Shown piece after piece: positions 34,101 through 52,100 of a stretch of DNA of 64,000 bases. A program made the translations under genes and the position numbers. Source of the DNA: Eledone cirrhosa (Eukaryota); contig CAXHJY010000264.1 of NCBI GenBank assembly GCA_964016885.1, forward strand, positions 1 through 64,000, read 5' to 3'. Position 1 is the first letter of the stretch. Each line of letters begins with the position of its first letter. Below the pieces are notes generated by a model. It had not been told where the DNA came from. It saw only the letters and a list, made by a program, of their open reading frames with translations, and ran no database searches.

Positions 34101-37100
34101 CAATAATATATGAGAAGATATGACAATGATATATCAGAAGATATCACAATAATATATCAGAAGATATCACAATAATACATCAGAAGATATGACAATGAAA
34201 TATCAGAAGATATGATAATAATATATGAGAAGATATGATAATAATATATCAGACGATATGACAATAATATATCAGACGATATGACAATAATATATCAGAA
34301 GATATGACAATGATATATCAGACGATACGACAATAATATATCAGAAGATATGACAATGATATATCAGAAGATATGACAATAATATATCAGAAGATACTAT
34401 AATAATATATCAGAAAATATGACAATAATATATCAGAAGATATGACAATAATATATCAGACGATATGACAATAATATATCAGAAGATATGACAATGATAT
34501 ATCAGAAGATATGACAATGATATATCAGAAGATATGATGATATATCAGAAGATATGACAATAATATATCAGAAGATATGACAATAATATATCAGAAGATA
34601 TGATAATATATCAGAAGATATGACAATGATATATCAGAAGATATGACAATAATATATCAGAAGATATGACAATAATATATCAGAAGATATGACAATAATA
34701 TATCAGAAGATATGACAATGATATATCAGAAGATATGACAATAATATATCAGAAGATATGACAATAATACATTAGAAGATATGACAATGATATATCAGAC
34801 GATATGACAATAATATATCAGAAAATATGATGTTATATCAGAAGATATGACAATGATATATCTGACGATATGACAATGATATATCAGAAGATATGACAAT
34901 GATATATCAGAAGATATGACAATAATATATCAGAAGATATGATAATAATATATCAGAAGATATGACAATAATATATCAGAAGATATGACAATAATATATT
35001 AGACGATATGACAATAATATATCAGAAGATATGACAATAATATATCAGAAGATATGACAATAATATATCAGAAGATATGACAATGATATATCAGAAGATA
35101 TGATAATAATATATCACATTATATGACAATAATATATCAGAAGATATGACAATAATATATCAGACGATATGACAATAATATATCGCAAGATATGACAATA
35201 ATATATCAGAAGATATGACAATAATATATCAGAAGATATGAAAATAATATATCAGACGATATGACAATAATATATCAGAAGATATGATAATAATATATCA
35301 GAAGATATGACAATAATATATCAGAAGATATGACAATAATATATCAGAAGATATGACAATGATATATCAGAAGATATGACAATAATATATCAGACGATAT
35401 GACAATAATATATCAGAAGATATGACAATAATATATCAGAAGATATGACAATAATATATCAGAAGATATGACAATAATATATAAGAAGATATGACAATAA
35501 TATATGAGAAGATATGACAATGATATATCAGAAGATATCACAATAATATATCAGAAGATATCACAATAATACATCAGAAGATATGACAATGAAATATCAG
35601 AAGATATGATAATAATATATGAGAAGATATGATAATAATATATCAGACGATATGACAATAATATATCAGACGATATGACAATAATATATCAGAAGATATG
35701 ACAATGATATATCAGACGATACGACAATAATATATCAGAAGATATGACAATGATATATCAGAAGATATGACAATAATATATCAGAAGATACTATAATAAT
35801 ATATCAGAAAATATGACAATAATATATCAGAAGATATGACAATAATATATCAGAAAATATGATGTTATATCAGAAGATATGACAATGATATATCTGACGA
35901 TATGACAATGATATATCAGAAGATATGACAATGATATATCAGAAGATATGACAATAATATATCAGAAGATATGATAATAATATATCAGAAGATATGACAA
36001 TAATATATCAGAAGATATGACAATAATATATTAGACGATATGACAATAATATATCAGAAGATATGACAATGATATATCAGAAGATATGACAATAATATAT
36101 CAGAAGATACTATAATAATATATCAGAAAATATGACAATAATATATCAGAAGATATGACAATAATATATCAGACGATATGACAATGATATATCAAAAGAT
36201 ATGAAAATAATATATCAGACGATATGACAATGATATATCAGAAGATATGACAATAATATATCAGACGATATGACAATAATATATCAGACGATATGACAAT
36301 GATATATCAGGAGATATGACAATGATATATCAGAAGATATGACAATAATATATCAGACAATATGATAATGTTATATCAGAAGATATGACAATGATATATC
36401 TGACGATATGACAATAATATATCAGAAGATATGACAATAACATAGACGATATGACAATAATATATCAGAAGATATGACAATAATATATCAGAAGATATGA
36501 CAATAATATATCAGAAGATATGACAATAATATATCAGAAGATATGATAATAATATATCGGACGATATGACAATAATATATCAGAAGATATGACAATAACA
36601 TATCAGACGATATGACAATGATATATCAAAAGATATGATAATAATATATCAGACGATATGACAATAATATATCAGAAAATATGACAATGTTATATCAGAA
36701 GATATGACAATAATATATCAGAAGATATGACAATGATATATTAGAAGATATGACAAAAATGTATCAGAAGATATGACAATAATATATCAGAAGATATGAC
36801 AATGATATATCAGAAGATATGACAATAATATATCAGAAGATATGACAATAATACATTAGAAGATATGACAATGATATATCAGACGATATGACAATAATAT
36901 ATCAGAAAATATGATGTTATATCAGAAGATATGACAATGATATATCTGACGATATGACAATGATATATCAGAAGATATGACAATGATATATCAGAAGATA
37001 TGACAATAATATATCAGAAGATATGATAATAATATATCAGAAGATATGACAATAATATATCAGAAGATATGACAATAATATATTAGACGATATGACAATA

Positions 37101-40100
37101 ATATATCAGAAGATATGACAATAATATATCAGAAGATATGACAATAATATATCAGAAGATATGACAATGATATATCAGAAGATATGATAATAATATATCA
37201 CATTATATGACAATAATATATCAGAAGATATGACAATAATATATCAGACGATATGACAATAATATATCGCAAGATATGACAATAATATATCAGAAGATAT
37301 GACAATAATATATCAGAAGATATGAAAATAATATATCAGACGATATGACAATAATATATCAGAAGATATGATAATAATATATCAGAAGATATGACAATAA
37401 TATATCAGAAGATATGACAATAATATATCAGAAGATATGACAATGATATATCAGAAGATATGACAATAATATATCAGACGATATGACAATAATATATCAG
37501 AAGATATGACAATAATATATCAGAAGATATGACAATAATATATCAGAAGATATGACAATAATATATAAGAAGATATGACAATAATATATGAGAAGATATG
37601 ACAATGATATATCAGAAGATATCACAATAATATATCAGAAGATATCACAATAATACATCAGAAGATATGACAATGAAATATCAGAAGATATGATAATAAT
37701 ATATGAGAAGATATGATAATAATATATCAGACGATATGACAATAATATATCAGACGATATGACAATAATATATCAGAAGATATGACAATGATATATCAGA
37801 CGATACGACAATAATATATCAGAAGATATGACAATGATATATCAGAAGATATGACAATAATATATCAGAAGATACTATAATAATATATCAGAAAATATGA
37901 CAATAATATATCAGAAGATATGACAATAATATATCAGACGATATGACAATAATATATCAGAAGATATGACAATGATATATCAGAAGATATGACAATGATA
38001 TATCAGAAGATATGATGATATATCAGAAGATATGACAATAATATATCAGAAGATATGACAATAATATATCAGAAGATATGATAATATATCAGAAGATATG
38101 ACAATGATATATCAGAAGATATGACAATAATATATCAGAAGATATGACAATAATATATCAGAAGATATGACAATAATATATCAGAAGATATGACAATGAT
38201 ATATCAGAAGATATGACAATAATATATCAGAAGATATGACAATAATACATTAGAAGATATGACAATGATATATCAGACGATATGACAATAATATATCAGA
38301 AAATATGATGTTATATCAGAAGATATGACAATGATATATCTGACGATATGACAATGATATATCAGAAGATATGACAATGATATATCAGAAGATATGACAA
38401 TAATATATCAGAAGATATGATAATAATATATCAGAAGATATGACAATAATATATCAGAAGATATGACAATAATATATTAGACGATATGACAATAATATAT
38501 CAGAAGATATGACAATAATATATCAGAAGATATGACAATAATATATCAGAAGATATGACAATGATATATCAGAAGATATGATAATAATATATCACATTAT
38601 ATGACAATAATATATCAGAAGATATGACAATAATATATCAGACGATATGACAATAATATATCGCAAGATATGACAATAATATATCAGAAGATATGACAAT
38701 AATATATCAGAAGATATGAAAATAATATATCAGACGATATGACAATAATATATCAGAAGATATGATAATAATATATCAGAAGATATGACAATAATATATC
38801 AGAAGATATGACAATAATATATCAGAAGATATGACAATGATATATCAGAAGATATGACAATAATATATCAGACGATATGACAATAATATATCAGAAGATA
38901 TGACAATAATATATCAGAAGATATGACAATAATATATCAGAAGATATGACAATAATATATAAGAAGATATGACAATAATATATGAGAAGATATGACAATG
39001 ATATATCAGAAGATATCACAATAATATATCAGAAGATATCACAATAATACATCAGAAGATATGACAATGAAATATCAGAAGATATGATAATAATATATGA
39101 GAAGATATGATAATAATATATCAGACGATATGACAATAATATATCAGACGATATGACAATAATATATCAGAAGATATGACAATGATATATCAGACGATAC
39201 GACAATAATATATCAGAAGATATGACAATGATATATCAGAAGATATGACAATAATATATCAGAAGATACTATAATAATATATCAGAAAATATGACAATAA
39301 TATATCAGAAGATATGACAATAATATATCAGACGATATGACAATAATATATCAGAAGATATGACAATGATATATCAGAAGATATGACAATGATATATCAG
39401 AAGATATGATGATATATCAGAAGATATGACAATAATATATCAGAAGATATGACAATAATATATCAGAAGATATGATAATATATCAGAAGATATGACAATG
39501 ATATATCAGAAGATATGACAATAATATATCAGAAGATATGACAATAATATATCAGAAGATATGACAATAATATATCAGAAGATATGACAATGATATATCA
39601 GAAGATATGATAATAATATATCAGAAGATATGATAATAATATATCAGAAGATATGATAATGATATATCAGAAGATATGACAATGATATATAAGAAGATAT
39701 GACAATATATCAGAAGATGTGACAATGATATATCAGAAGATATGACAATGATATATCAGACAATATGACAATAATATATCAGAAGATATGAGAATAATAT
39801 ATCAGAAGATATGACAATGATATATCAGAAGATATGACAATAATATATCAGAAGATATGACAATCATATATCAGAAGATATGAGAATAATATATCAGAAG
39901 ATATGAGAATAATATATCAGAAGATATGACAATAATATATCAGACGATACGACAATAATATATCAGAAGATATGACAATGATATATCAGAAGATATGACA
40001 ATAATATATCAGAAGATACTATAATAATATATCAGAAAATATGACAATAATATATCAGAAGATATGACAATAATATATCAGACGATATGACAATGATATA

Positions 40101-43100
40101 TCAAAAGATATGAAAATAATATATCAGACGATATGACAATGATATATCAGAAGATATGACAATAATATATCAGACGATATGACAATAATATATCAGACGA
40201 TATGACAATGATATATCAGGAGATATGACAATGATATATCAGAAGATATGACAATAATATATCAGACAATATGATAATGTTATATCAGAAGATATGACAA
40301 TGATATATCTGACGATATGACAATAATATATCAGAAGATATGACAATAACATAGACGATATGACAATAATATATCAGAAGATATGACAATAATATATCAG
40401 AAGATATGACAATAATATATCAGAAGATATGACAATAATATATCAGAAGATATGATAATAATATATCGGACGATATGACAATAATATATCAGTAGATATG
40501 ACAATAACATATCAGACGATATGACAAGGATATATCAAAAGATATGATAATAATATATCAGACGATATGACAATAATATATCAGAAAATATGACAATGTT
40601 ATATCAGAAGATATGACAATAATATATCAGAAGATATGACAATGATATATTAGAAGATATGACAAAAATGTATCAGAAGATATGACAATAATATATCAGA
40701 AGATATGACAATGATATATCAGAAGATATGACAATAATATATCAGAAGATATGACAATAATACATTAGAAGATATGACAATGATATATCAGACGATATGA
40801 CAATAATATATCAGAAAATATGATGTTATATCAGAAGATATGACAATGATATATCTGACGATATGACAATGATATATCAGAAGATATGACAATGATATAT
40901 CAGAAGATATGACAATAATATATCAGAAGATATGATAATAATATATCAGAAGATATGACAATAATATATCAGAAGATATGACAATAATATATTAGACGAT
41001 ATGACAATAATATATCAGAAGATATGACAATAATATATCAGAAGATATGACAATAATATATCAGAAGATATGACAATGATATATCAGAAGATATGATAAT
41101 AATATATCACATTATATGACAATAATATATCAGAAGATATGACAATAATATATCAGACGATATGACAATAATATATCGCAAGATATGACAATAATATATC
41201 AGAAGATATGACAATAATATATCAGAAGATATGAAAATAATATATCAGACGATATGACAATAATATATCAGAAGATATGATAATAATATATCAGAAGATA
41301 TGACAATAATATATCAGAAGATATGACAATAATATATCAGAAGATATGACAATGATATATCAGAAGATATGACAATAATATATCAGACGATATGACAATA
41401 ATATATCAGAAGATATGACAATAATATATCAGAAGATATGACAATAATATATCAGAAGATATGACAATAATATATAAGAAGATATGACAATAATATATGA
41501 GAAGATATGACAATGATATATCAGAAGATATCACAATAATATATCAGAAGATATCACAATAATACATCAGAAGATATGACAATGAAATATCAGAAGATAT
41601 GATAATAATATATGAGAAGATATGATAATAATATATCAGACGATATGACAATAATATATCAGACGATATGACAATAATATATCAGAAGATATGACAATGA
41701 TATATCAGACGATACGACAATAATATATCAGAAGATATGACAATGATATATCAGAAGATATGACAATAATATATCAGAAGATACTATAATAATATATCAG
41801 AAAATATGACAATAATATATCAGAAGATATGACAATAATATATCAGACGATATGACAATAATATATCAGAAGATATGACAATGATATATCAGAAGATATG
41901 ACAATGATATATCAGAAGATATGATGATATATCAGAAGATATGACAATAATATATCAGAAGATATGACAATAATATATCAGAAGATATGATAATATATCA
42001 GAAGATATGACAATGATATATCAGAAGATATGACAATAATATATCAGAAGATATGACAATAATATATCAGAAGATATGACAATAATATATCAGAAGATAT
42101 GACAATGATATATCAGAAGATATGATAATAATATATCAGAAGATATGATAATAATATATCAGAAGATATGATAATGATATATCAGAAGATATGACAATGA
42201 TATATAAGAAGATATGACAATATATCAGAAGATGTGACAATGATATATCAGAAGATATGACAATGATATATCAGACAATATGACAATAATATATCAGAAG
42301 ATATGAGAATAATATATCAGAAGATATGACAATGATATATCAGAAGATATGACAATAATATATCAGAAGATATGACAATCATATATCAGAAGATATGAGA
42401 ATAATATATCAGAAGATATGAGAATAATATATCAGAAGATATGACAATGATATATCAGAAGATATGACAATAATATATCAGACGATACGACAATAATATA
42501 TCAGAAGATATGACAATGATATATCAGAAGATATGACAATAATATATCAGAAGATACTATAATAATATATCAGAAAATATGACAATAATATATCAGAAGA
42601 TATGACAATAATATATCAGACGATATGACAATGATATATCAAAAGATATGAAAATAATATATCAGACGATATGACAATGATATATCAGAAGATATGACAA
42701 TAATATATCAGACGATATGACAATAATATATCAGACGATATGACAATGATATATCAGGAGATATGACAATGATATATCAGAAGATATGACAATAATATAT
42801 CAGACAATATGATAATGTTATATCAGAAGATATGACAATGATATATCTGACGATATGACAATAATATATCAGAAGATATGACAATAACATAGACGATATG
42901 ACAATAATATATCAGAAGATATGACAATAATATATCAGAAGATATGACAATAATATATCAGAAGATATGACAATAATATATCAGAAGATATGATAATAAT
43001 ATATCGGACGATATGACAATAATATATCAGAAGATATGACAATAACATATCAGACGATATGACAATGATATATCAAAAGATATGATAATAATATATCAGA

Positions 43101-46100
43101 CGATATGACAATAATATATCAGAAAATATGACAATGTTATATCAGAAGATATGACAATAATATATCAGAAGATATGACAATGATATATTAGAAGATATGA
43201 CAAAAATGTATCAGAAGATATGACAATAATATATCAGAAGATATGACAATGATATATCAGAAGATATGACAATAATATATCAGAAGATATGACAATAATA
43301 CATTAGAAGATATGACAATGATATATCAGACGATATGACAATAATATATCAGAAAATATGTTATATCAGAAGATATGACAATGATATATCTGACGATATG
43401 ACAATGATATATCAGAAGATATGACAATGATATATCAGAAGATATGACAATAATATATCAGAAGATATGATAATAATATATCAGAAGATATGACAATAAT
43501 ATATCAGAAGATATGACAATAATATATTAGACGATATGACAATAATACATCAGAAGATATGACAATAATATATCAGAAGATATGACAATAATATATCAGA
43601 AGATATGACAATGATATATCAGAAGATATGATAATAATATATCACATTATATGACAATAATATATCAGAAGATATGACAATAATATATCAGACGATATGA
43701 CAATAATATATCGCAAGATATGACAATAATATATCAGAAGATATGACAATAATATATCAGAAGATATGAAAATAATATATCAGACGATATGACAATAATA
43801 TATCAGAAGATATGATAATAATATATCAGAAGATATGACAATAATATATCAGAAGATATGACAATAATATATCAGAAGATATGACAATGATATATCAGAA
43901 GATATGACAATAATATATCAGACGATATGACAATAATATATCAGAAGATATGACAATAATATATCAGAAGATATGACAATAATATATCAGAAGATATGAC
44001 AATAATATATAAGAAGATATGACAATAATATATGAGAAGATATGACAATGATATATCAGAAGATATCACAATAATATATCAGAAGATATCACAATAATAC
44101 ATCAGAAGATATGACAATGAAATATCAGAAGATATGATAATAATATATGAGAAGATATGATAATAATATATCAGACGATATGACAATAATATATCAGACG
44201 ATATGACAATAATATATCAGAAGATATGACAATGATATATCAGACGATACGACAATAATATATCAGAAGATATGAAAATAATATATCAGAATATATGACA
44301 ATGATGTATCAGAAGATATGACAATGATGTATCAGAAGATATGACAATAATATATCAGAAGATATGATAATAATATATCAGAAGATATGATAATGATATA
44401 TCAGAAGATATGACAATGATATATAAGATATGACAATAATATATCAGAAGATATGACAATAATATATCAGAAGATATGACAATAATATATCAGACGATAT
44501 GACAATGATATATCAGAAGATATGACAATAATAATCCAGACGATATGACAATGATATATCAGAAGATATGACAATAATATATCAGACGATATGACAATAA
44601 TATATCAGAAGATATGACAATGATATATCAGAAGATATGACAATGATATATCAGAAGATATGACAATATATCAGACAATATGATAATGTTATATCAGAAG
44701 ATATGACAATGATATATCTGACGATATGACAGTAATAAATCAGAAGATATGACAATAATATATCAGAAGATATGACAATAACATATCAGACGATATGACA
44801 ATAATATATCAGAAGATATGACAATAATATATCAGAAGATATGACAATAATATATCAGAAGATATGACAATAATAGAAGATATGACAATAATATATCAGA
44901 CGATATGACAATGATATATCAAAAGGTATGACAATAATATATCAGACGATATGACAATGATATATCAGAAGATATGACAATAATATATCAGACGATATGA
45001 CAATGATATATCAGAAGATATGACAATGATATATCAGAAGATATGACAATAATATATCAGACAATATGATAATGTTATATCAGAAGATATGACAATGATA
45101 TATCTGACGATATGACAATAATATATCAGACGATATGACAATAATATATCAGAAGATATGACAATAATATATCAGAAGATATGACAATAATATATCAGAA
45201 GATATGACAATAATATATCAGAAGATATGACAATAATACATCAGAAGATATGATAATAATATATCAGACGATATGACAATAATATATCAGAAGATATGAC
45301 AATAACATATCAGACGATATGACAATGATATATCAGAAGATATGATAATAATATATCAGACGATATGACAATAATATATCAGAAAATATGACAATGTTAT
45401 ATCAGAAGATATGACAATAATATATCAGAAGATATGACAATGATATATTAGAAGATATGACAAAAATGTATCAGAAGATATGACAATAATATATCAGAAG
45501 ATATGACAATGATATATCAGAAGATATGACAATAATATATCAGAAGATATGACAATAATATATCAGAAGATATGACAATGATATATCAGACGATACGACA
45601 ATAATATATCAGAATATATGACAATAATATATCAGAAGATATGACAATAATATATTAGAAGATATGACAATGATATATCAGACGATATGACAATAATATA
45701 TCAGAAAATATGATGTTATTTCAGAAGATATGACAATGATATATCTGACGATATGACAATGATATATCAGAAGATATGACAATGATATATCAGAAGATAT
45801 GACAATAATATATCAGAAGATATGATAATGATATATCAGAAGATATGACAATAATATATCAGAAGATATGACAATGATATATCAGAAGATATGACAATAA
45901 TATATCAGAAGATATGATAATATATCAGACGATATGACAATAATATATCAGAAGATATGACAATAATATATCAGAAGATATGACAATGCTATATCAGACG
46001 ATATGACAATAATATATCAGAAGATATGACAATAATATATCAGAAGATATGACAATGATATATCAGAAGATATGATAATAATATATCAGAATATATGACA

Positions 46101-49100
46101 ATAATATATCAGATGATATGACAATAATATATCAGAAGATATGACAATAATATATCGCAAGATATGACAATAATATATCAGAAGATATGACAATAATATA
46201 TCAGAAGATATGACAATAATATATCAGACGATATGACAATAATATATCAGAAGATATGATAATAATATATCAGAAGATATGACAATAATATATCAGAAGA
46301 TATGACAATAATATATCAGAAGATATGACAATGATATATCAGAAGATATTACAATAATATATCAGACGATATGACAATAATATATCAGAAGATATGACAA
46401 TAATATATAAGAAGATATGACAATAATATATCAGAAGATATGACAATGATATATCAGAAGATATCACAATAATATATCAGAAGATATCACAATAATATAT
46501 CAGAAGATATGACAATGAAATATCAGAAGATATGATAATAATATATCAGAAGATATGATAATAATATATCAGACGATATGACAATAATATATCAGACGAT
46601 ATGACAATAATATATCAGAAGATATGACAATGATATATCAGACGATACGACAATAATATATCAGAATATATGACAATAATATATCAGAAGATATGACAAT
46701 AATATATCAGAAGATATGACAATAATATATCGCAAGATATGACAATAATATATCAGACGATATGACAATGATATATCAGAAGATATGACAATAATATATC
46801 AGACGATATGACAATAATATATCAGAAGATATGACAATGATATATCAGAAGATATGACAATGATATATCAGAAGATATGACAATATATCAGACAATATGA
46901 TAATATTATATCAGAAGATATGACAATGATATATCTGACGATATGACAGTAATAAATCAGAAGATATGACAATAATATATCAGAAGATATGACAATAACA
47001 TATCAGACGATATGACAATAATATATCAGAAGATATGACAATAATATATCAGAAGATATGACAATAATATATCAGAAGATATGACAATAATAGAAGATAT
47101 GACAATAATATATCAGACGATATGACAATGATATATCAAAAGGTATGACAATAATATATCAGACGATATGACAATGATATATCAGAAGATATGACAATAA
47201 TATATCAGACAATATGATAATGTTATATCAGAAGATATGACAATGATATATCTGACGATATGACAATAATATATCAGACGATATGACAATAATATATCAG
47301 AAGATATGACAATAATATATCAGAAGATATGACAATAATATATCAGAAGATATGACAATAATATATCAGAAGATATGACAATAATATATCAGAAGATATG
47401 ATAATAATATATCAGACGATATGACAATAATATATCAGACGATATGACAATAACATATCAGACGATATGACAATGATATATCAGAAGATATGATAATAAT
47501 ATATCGGACGATATGACAATAATATATCAGAAAATATGACAATGTTATATCAGAAGATATGACAATAATATATCAGAAGATATGACAATGATATATCAGA
47601 AGATATGACAATAATATATCAGAAGATATGACAATAATATATCAGAAGATATGACAATAATATATTAGAAGATATGACAATGATATATCAGACGATATGA
47701 CAATAATATATCAGAAAATATGATGTTATATCAGAAGATATGACAATGATATATCTGACGATATGACAATGATATATCAGAAGATATGACAATGATATAT
47801 CAGAAGATATGACAATAATATATCAGAAGATATGATAATGATATATCAGAAGATATGACAATAATATATCAGAAGATATGACAATGATATATCAGAAGAT
47901 ATGACAATAATATATCAGAAGATATGATAATATATCAGACGATATGACAATAATATATCAGAAGATATGACAATAATATATCAGAAGATATGACAATGAT
48001 ATATCAGACGATATGACAATAATATATCAGAAGATATGACAATAATATATCAGAAGATATGACAATGATATATCAGAAGATATGATAATAATATATCAGA
48101 ATATATGACAATAATATATCAGAAGATATGACAATAATATATCAGAAGATATGACAATAATATATCAGACGATATGACAATAATATATCGCAAGATATGA
48201 CAATAATATATCAGAAGATATGACAATAATATATCAGAAGATATGACAATAATATATCAGACGATATGACAATAATATATCAGAAGATATGATAATAATC
48301 TATCAGAAGATATGACAATAATATATCAGAAGATATGACAATAATATATCAGAAGATATGACAATGATATATCAGAAGATATTACAATAATATATCAGAC
48401 GATATGACAATAATATATCAGAAGATATGACAATAATATATAAGAAGATATGACAATAATATATCAGAAGATATGACAATGATATATCAGAAGATATCAC
48501 AATAATATATCAGAAGATATCACAATAATATATCAGAAGATATGACTATGAAATATCAGAAGATATGATAATAATATATCAGAAGATATGATAATAATAT
48601 ATCAGACGATATGACAATAATATATCAGACGATATGACAATAATATATCAGAAGATATGACAATGATATATCAGACGATACGACAATAATATATCAGAAG
48701 ATATGACAATGATGTATCAGAAGATATGACAATGATGTATCAGAAGATATGACAATAATATATCAGAAGATATGATAATAATATATCAGAAGATATGATA
48801 ATGATATATCAGAAGATATGACAATGATATATAAGAAGATATGACAATAATATATCAGAAGATATGACAATAATATATCAGACGATATGACAATGATATA
48901 TCAGAAGATATGACAATAAAATATCAGACGATATGACAATGATATATCAGAAGATATGACAATAATATATCAGACGATATGACAATAATATATCAGAAGA
49001 TATGACAATGATATATCAGAAGATATGACAATAATATATCAGACAATATGATAATGTTATATCAGAAGATATGACAATGATGTATCAGAAGATATGACAA

Positions 49101-52100
49101 TGATGTATCAGAAGATATGACAATAATATATCAGAAGATATGATAATAATATATCAGAAGATATGATAATGATATATCAGAAGATATGACAATGATATAT
49201 AAGAAGATATGACAATAATATATCAGAAGATATGACAATAATATATCAGACGATATGACAATGATATATCAGAAGATATGACAATAATATATCAGACGAT
49301 ATTACAATGATATATCAGAAGATATGACAATAATATATCAGACGATATGACAATAATATATCAGAAGATATGACAATGATATATCAGAAGATATGACAAT
49401 GATATATCAGAAGATATGACAATAATATATCAGATAATATGATAATGTTATATCAGAAGATATGACAATGATATATCTGACGATATGACAATAATATATC
49501 AGAAGATATGACAATAATATATCAGAAGATATGATAATGATATATCAGAAGATATGACAATAATATATCAGAAGATATGACAATAATATATCAGACAATA
49601 TGATAATGTTATATCAGAAGATATGACAATGATATATCAGACGATATGACAATAATATATCAGAACATATGACAATAATATATCAGAAGATATGATAATA
49701 ATATATCAGACGATATGACAATAATATATCAGAAGATATGACAATAATATATCAGAAGATATGACAATGATATATCAGAAGATATGATAATAATATATCA
49801 GAATATATGACAATAATATATCAGAAGATATGACAATAATATATCAGACGATATGACAATAATATATCGCAAGATATGACAATGATATATCAGAAGATAT
49901 GACAATAATATATCAGAAGATATGACAATAATATATCAGACGATATGACAATAATATATTAGAAGATATGATAATAATATATCAGAAGATATGACAATAA
50001 TATATCAGAAGATATGACAATAATATATCAGAAGATATGACAATGATATATCAGAAGATATGACAATGATATATCAGAAGATATGACAATAATATATCAG
50101 ACGATATGACAATAATATATCAGAAGATATGACAATAATATATCAGAAGATATGACAATAATATATCAGAAGATATGACAATAATATATAAGAAGATATG
50201 ACAATAATATATGAGAAGATATGACAATGATATATCAGAAGATATCACAATAATATATCAGAAGATATCACAATAATATATCAGAAGATATGACAATGAT
50301 ATATCTGAAGATATGACAATGATATATCAGAAGATATGACAATAATATATCAGACAATATGATAATGTTATATCAGAAGATATGACAATGATATATCTGA
50401 CGATATGACAATAATATATCAGAAGATATGACAATAATATATCAGAAGATATGATAATGATATATCAGAAGATATGACAATAATATATCAGAAGATATGA
50501 CAATAATATATCAGAAGATATGACAATAATATATCAGACGATATGATAATAATATATCAGACGATATGACAATAATATATCAGAAGATATGACAATGATA
50601 TATCAGACGATACGACAATAATATATCAGAAGATATGACAATAATATATCAGAATATATGACAATGATGTATCAGAAGATATGACAATGATGTATCAGAA
50701 GATATGACAATAATATATCAGAAGATATGATAATAATATATCAGAAGATATGATAATGATATATCAGAAGATATGACAATGACATATAAGATATGACAAT
50801 AATATATCAGAAGATATGACAATAATATATCAGACGATATGACAATGATATATCAGAAGATATGACAATAATATATCAGACGATATGACAATGATATATC
50901 AGAAGATATGACAATAATATATCAGACGATATGACAATAATATATCAGAAGATATGACAATGATATATCAGAAGATATGACAATGATATATCAGAAGATA
51001 TGACAATAATATATCAGACAATATGATAATGTTATATCAGAAGATATGACAATGATATATCTGACGATATGACAATAATATATCAGAAGATATGACAATA
51101 ATATATCAGAAGATATGATAATGATATATCAGAAGATATGACAATAATATATCAGAAGATATGAAAAAAATATATCAGAAGATATGACAATGATATATCA
51201 GAAGATATGACAATAATATATCAGAAGATATGATAATAATATATCAGACGATATGACAATAATATATCAGAAGATATGACAATAATATATCAGAAGATAT
51301 GATAATAATATATCAGACGATATGACAATAATATATCAGAAGATATGACAATAATATATCAGAAGATATGACAATGATATATCAGAAGATATGATAATAA
51401 TATATCAGAATATATGACAATAATATATCAGAAGATATGACAATAATATATCAGACGATATGACAATGATATATCGCAAGATATGACAATAATATATCAG
51501 AAGATATGACAATAATATATCAGAAGATATGACAATAATATATCAGACGATATGACAATAACATATCAGAAGATATAATAATATATCAGAAGATATGACA
51601 ATAATATATCCGAAGATATGACAATAATATATCAGAAGATATGACAATGATATATCAGAAGATATGACAATAATATATCAGACGATATGACAATAATATA
51701 TCAGAAGATATGACAATAATATATCAGAAGATATGACAATAATATATCAGAAGATATGACAATAATATATAAGAAGATATGACAATAATATATGAGAAGA
51801 TATGACAATAATATATCAGAAGATATGACAATAATATATCAGAAGATATGATAATAATATATCGGACGATATGACAATAATATATCAGAAGATATGACAA
51901 TAACATATCAGACGATATGACAATGATATATCAAAAGATATGATAATAATATATCAGACGATATGACAATAATATATCAGAAAATATGACAATGTTATAT
52001 CAGAAGATATGACAATAATATATCAGAAGATATGACAATGATATATTAGAAGATATGACAAAAATGTATCAGAAGATATGACAATAATATATCAGAAGAT

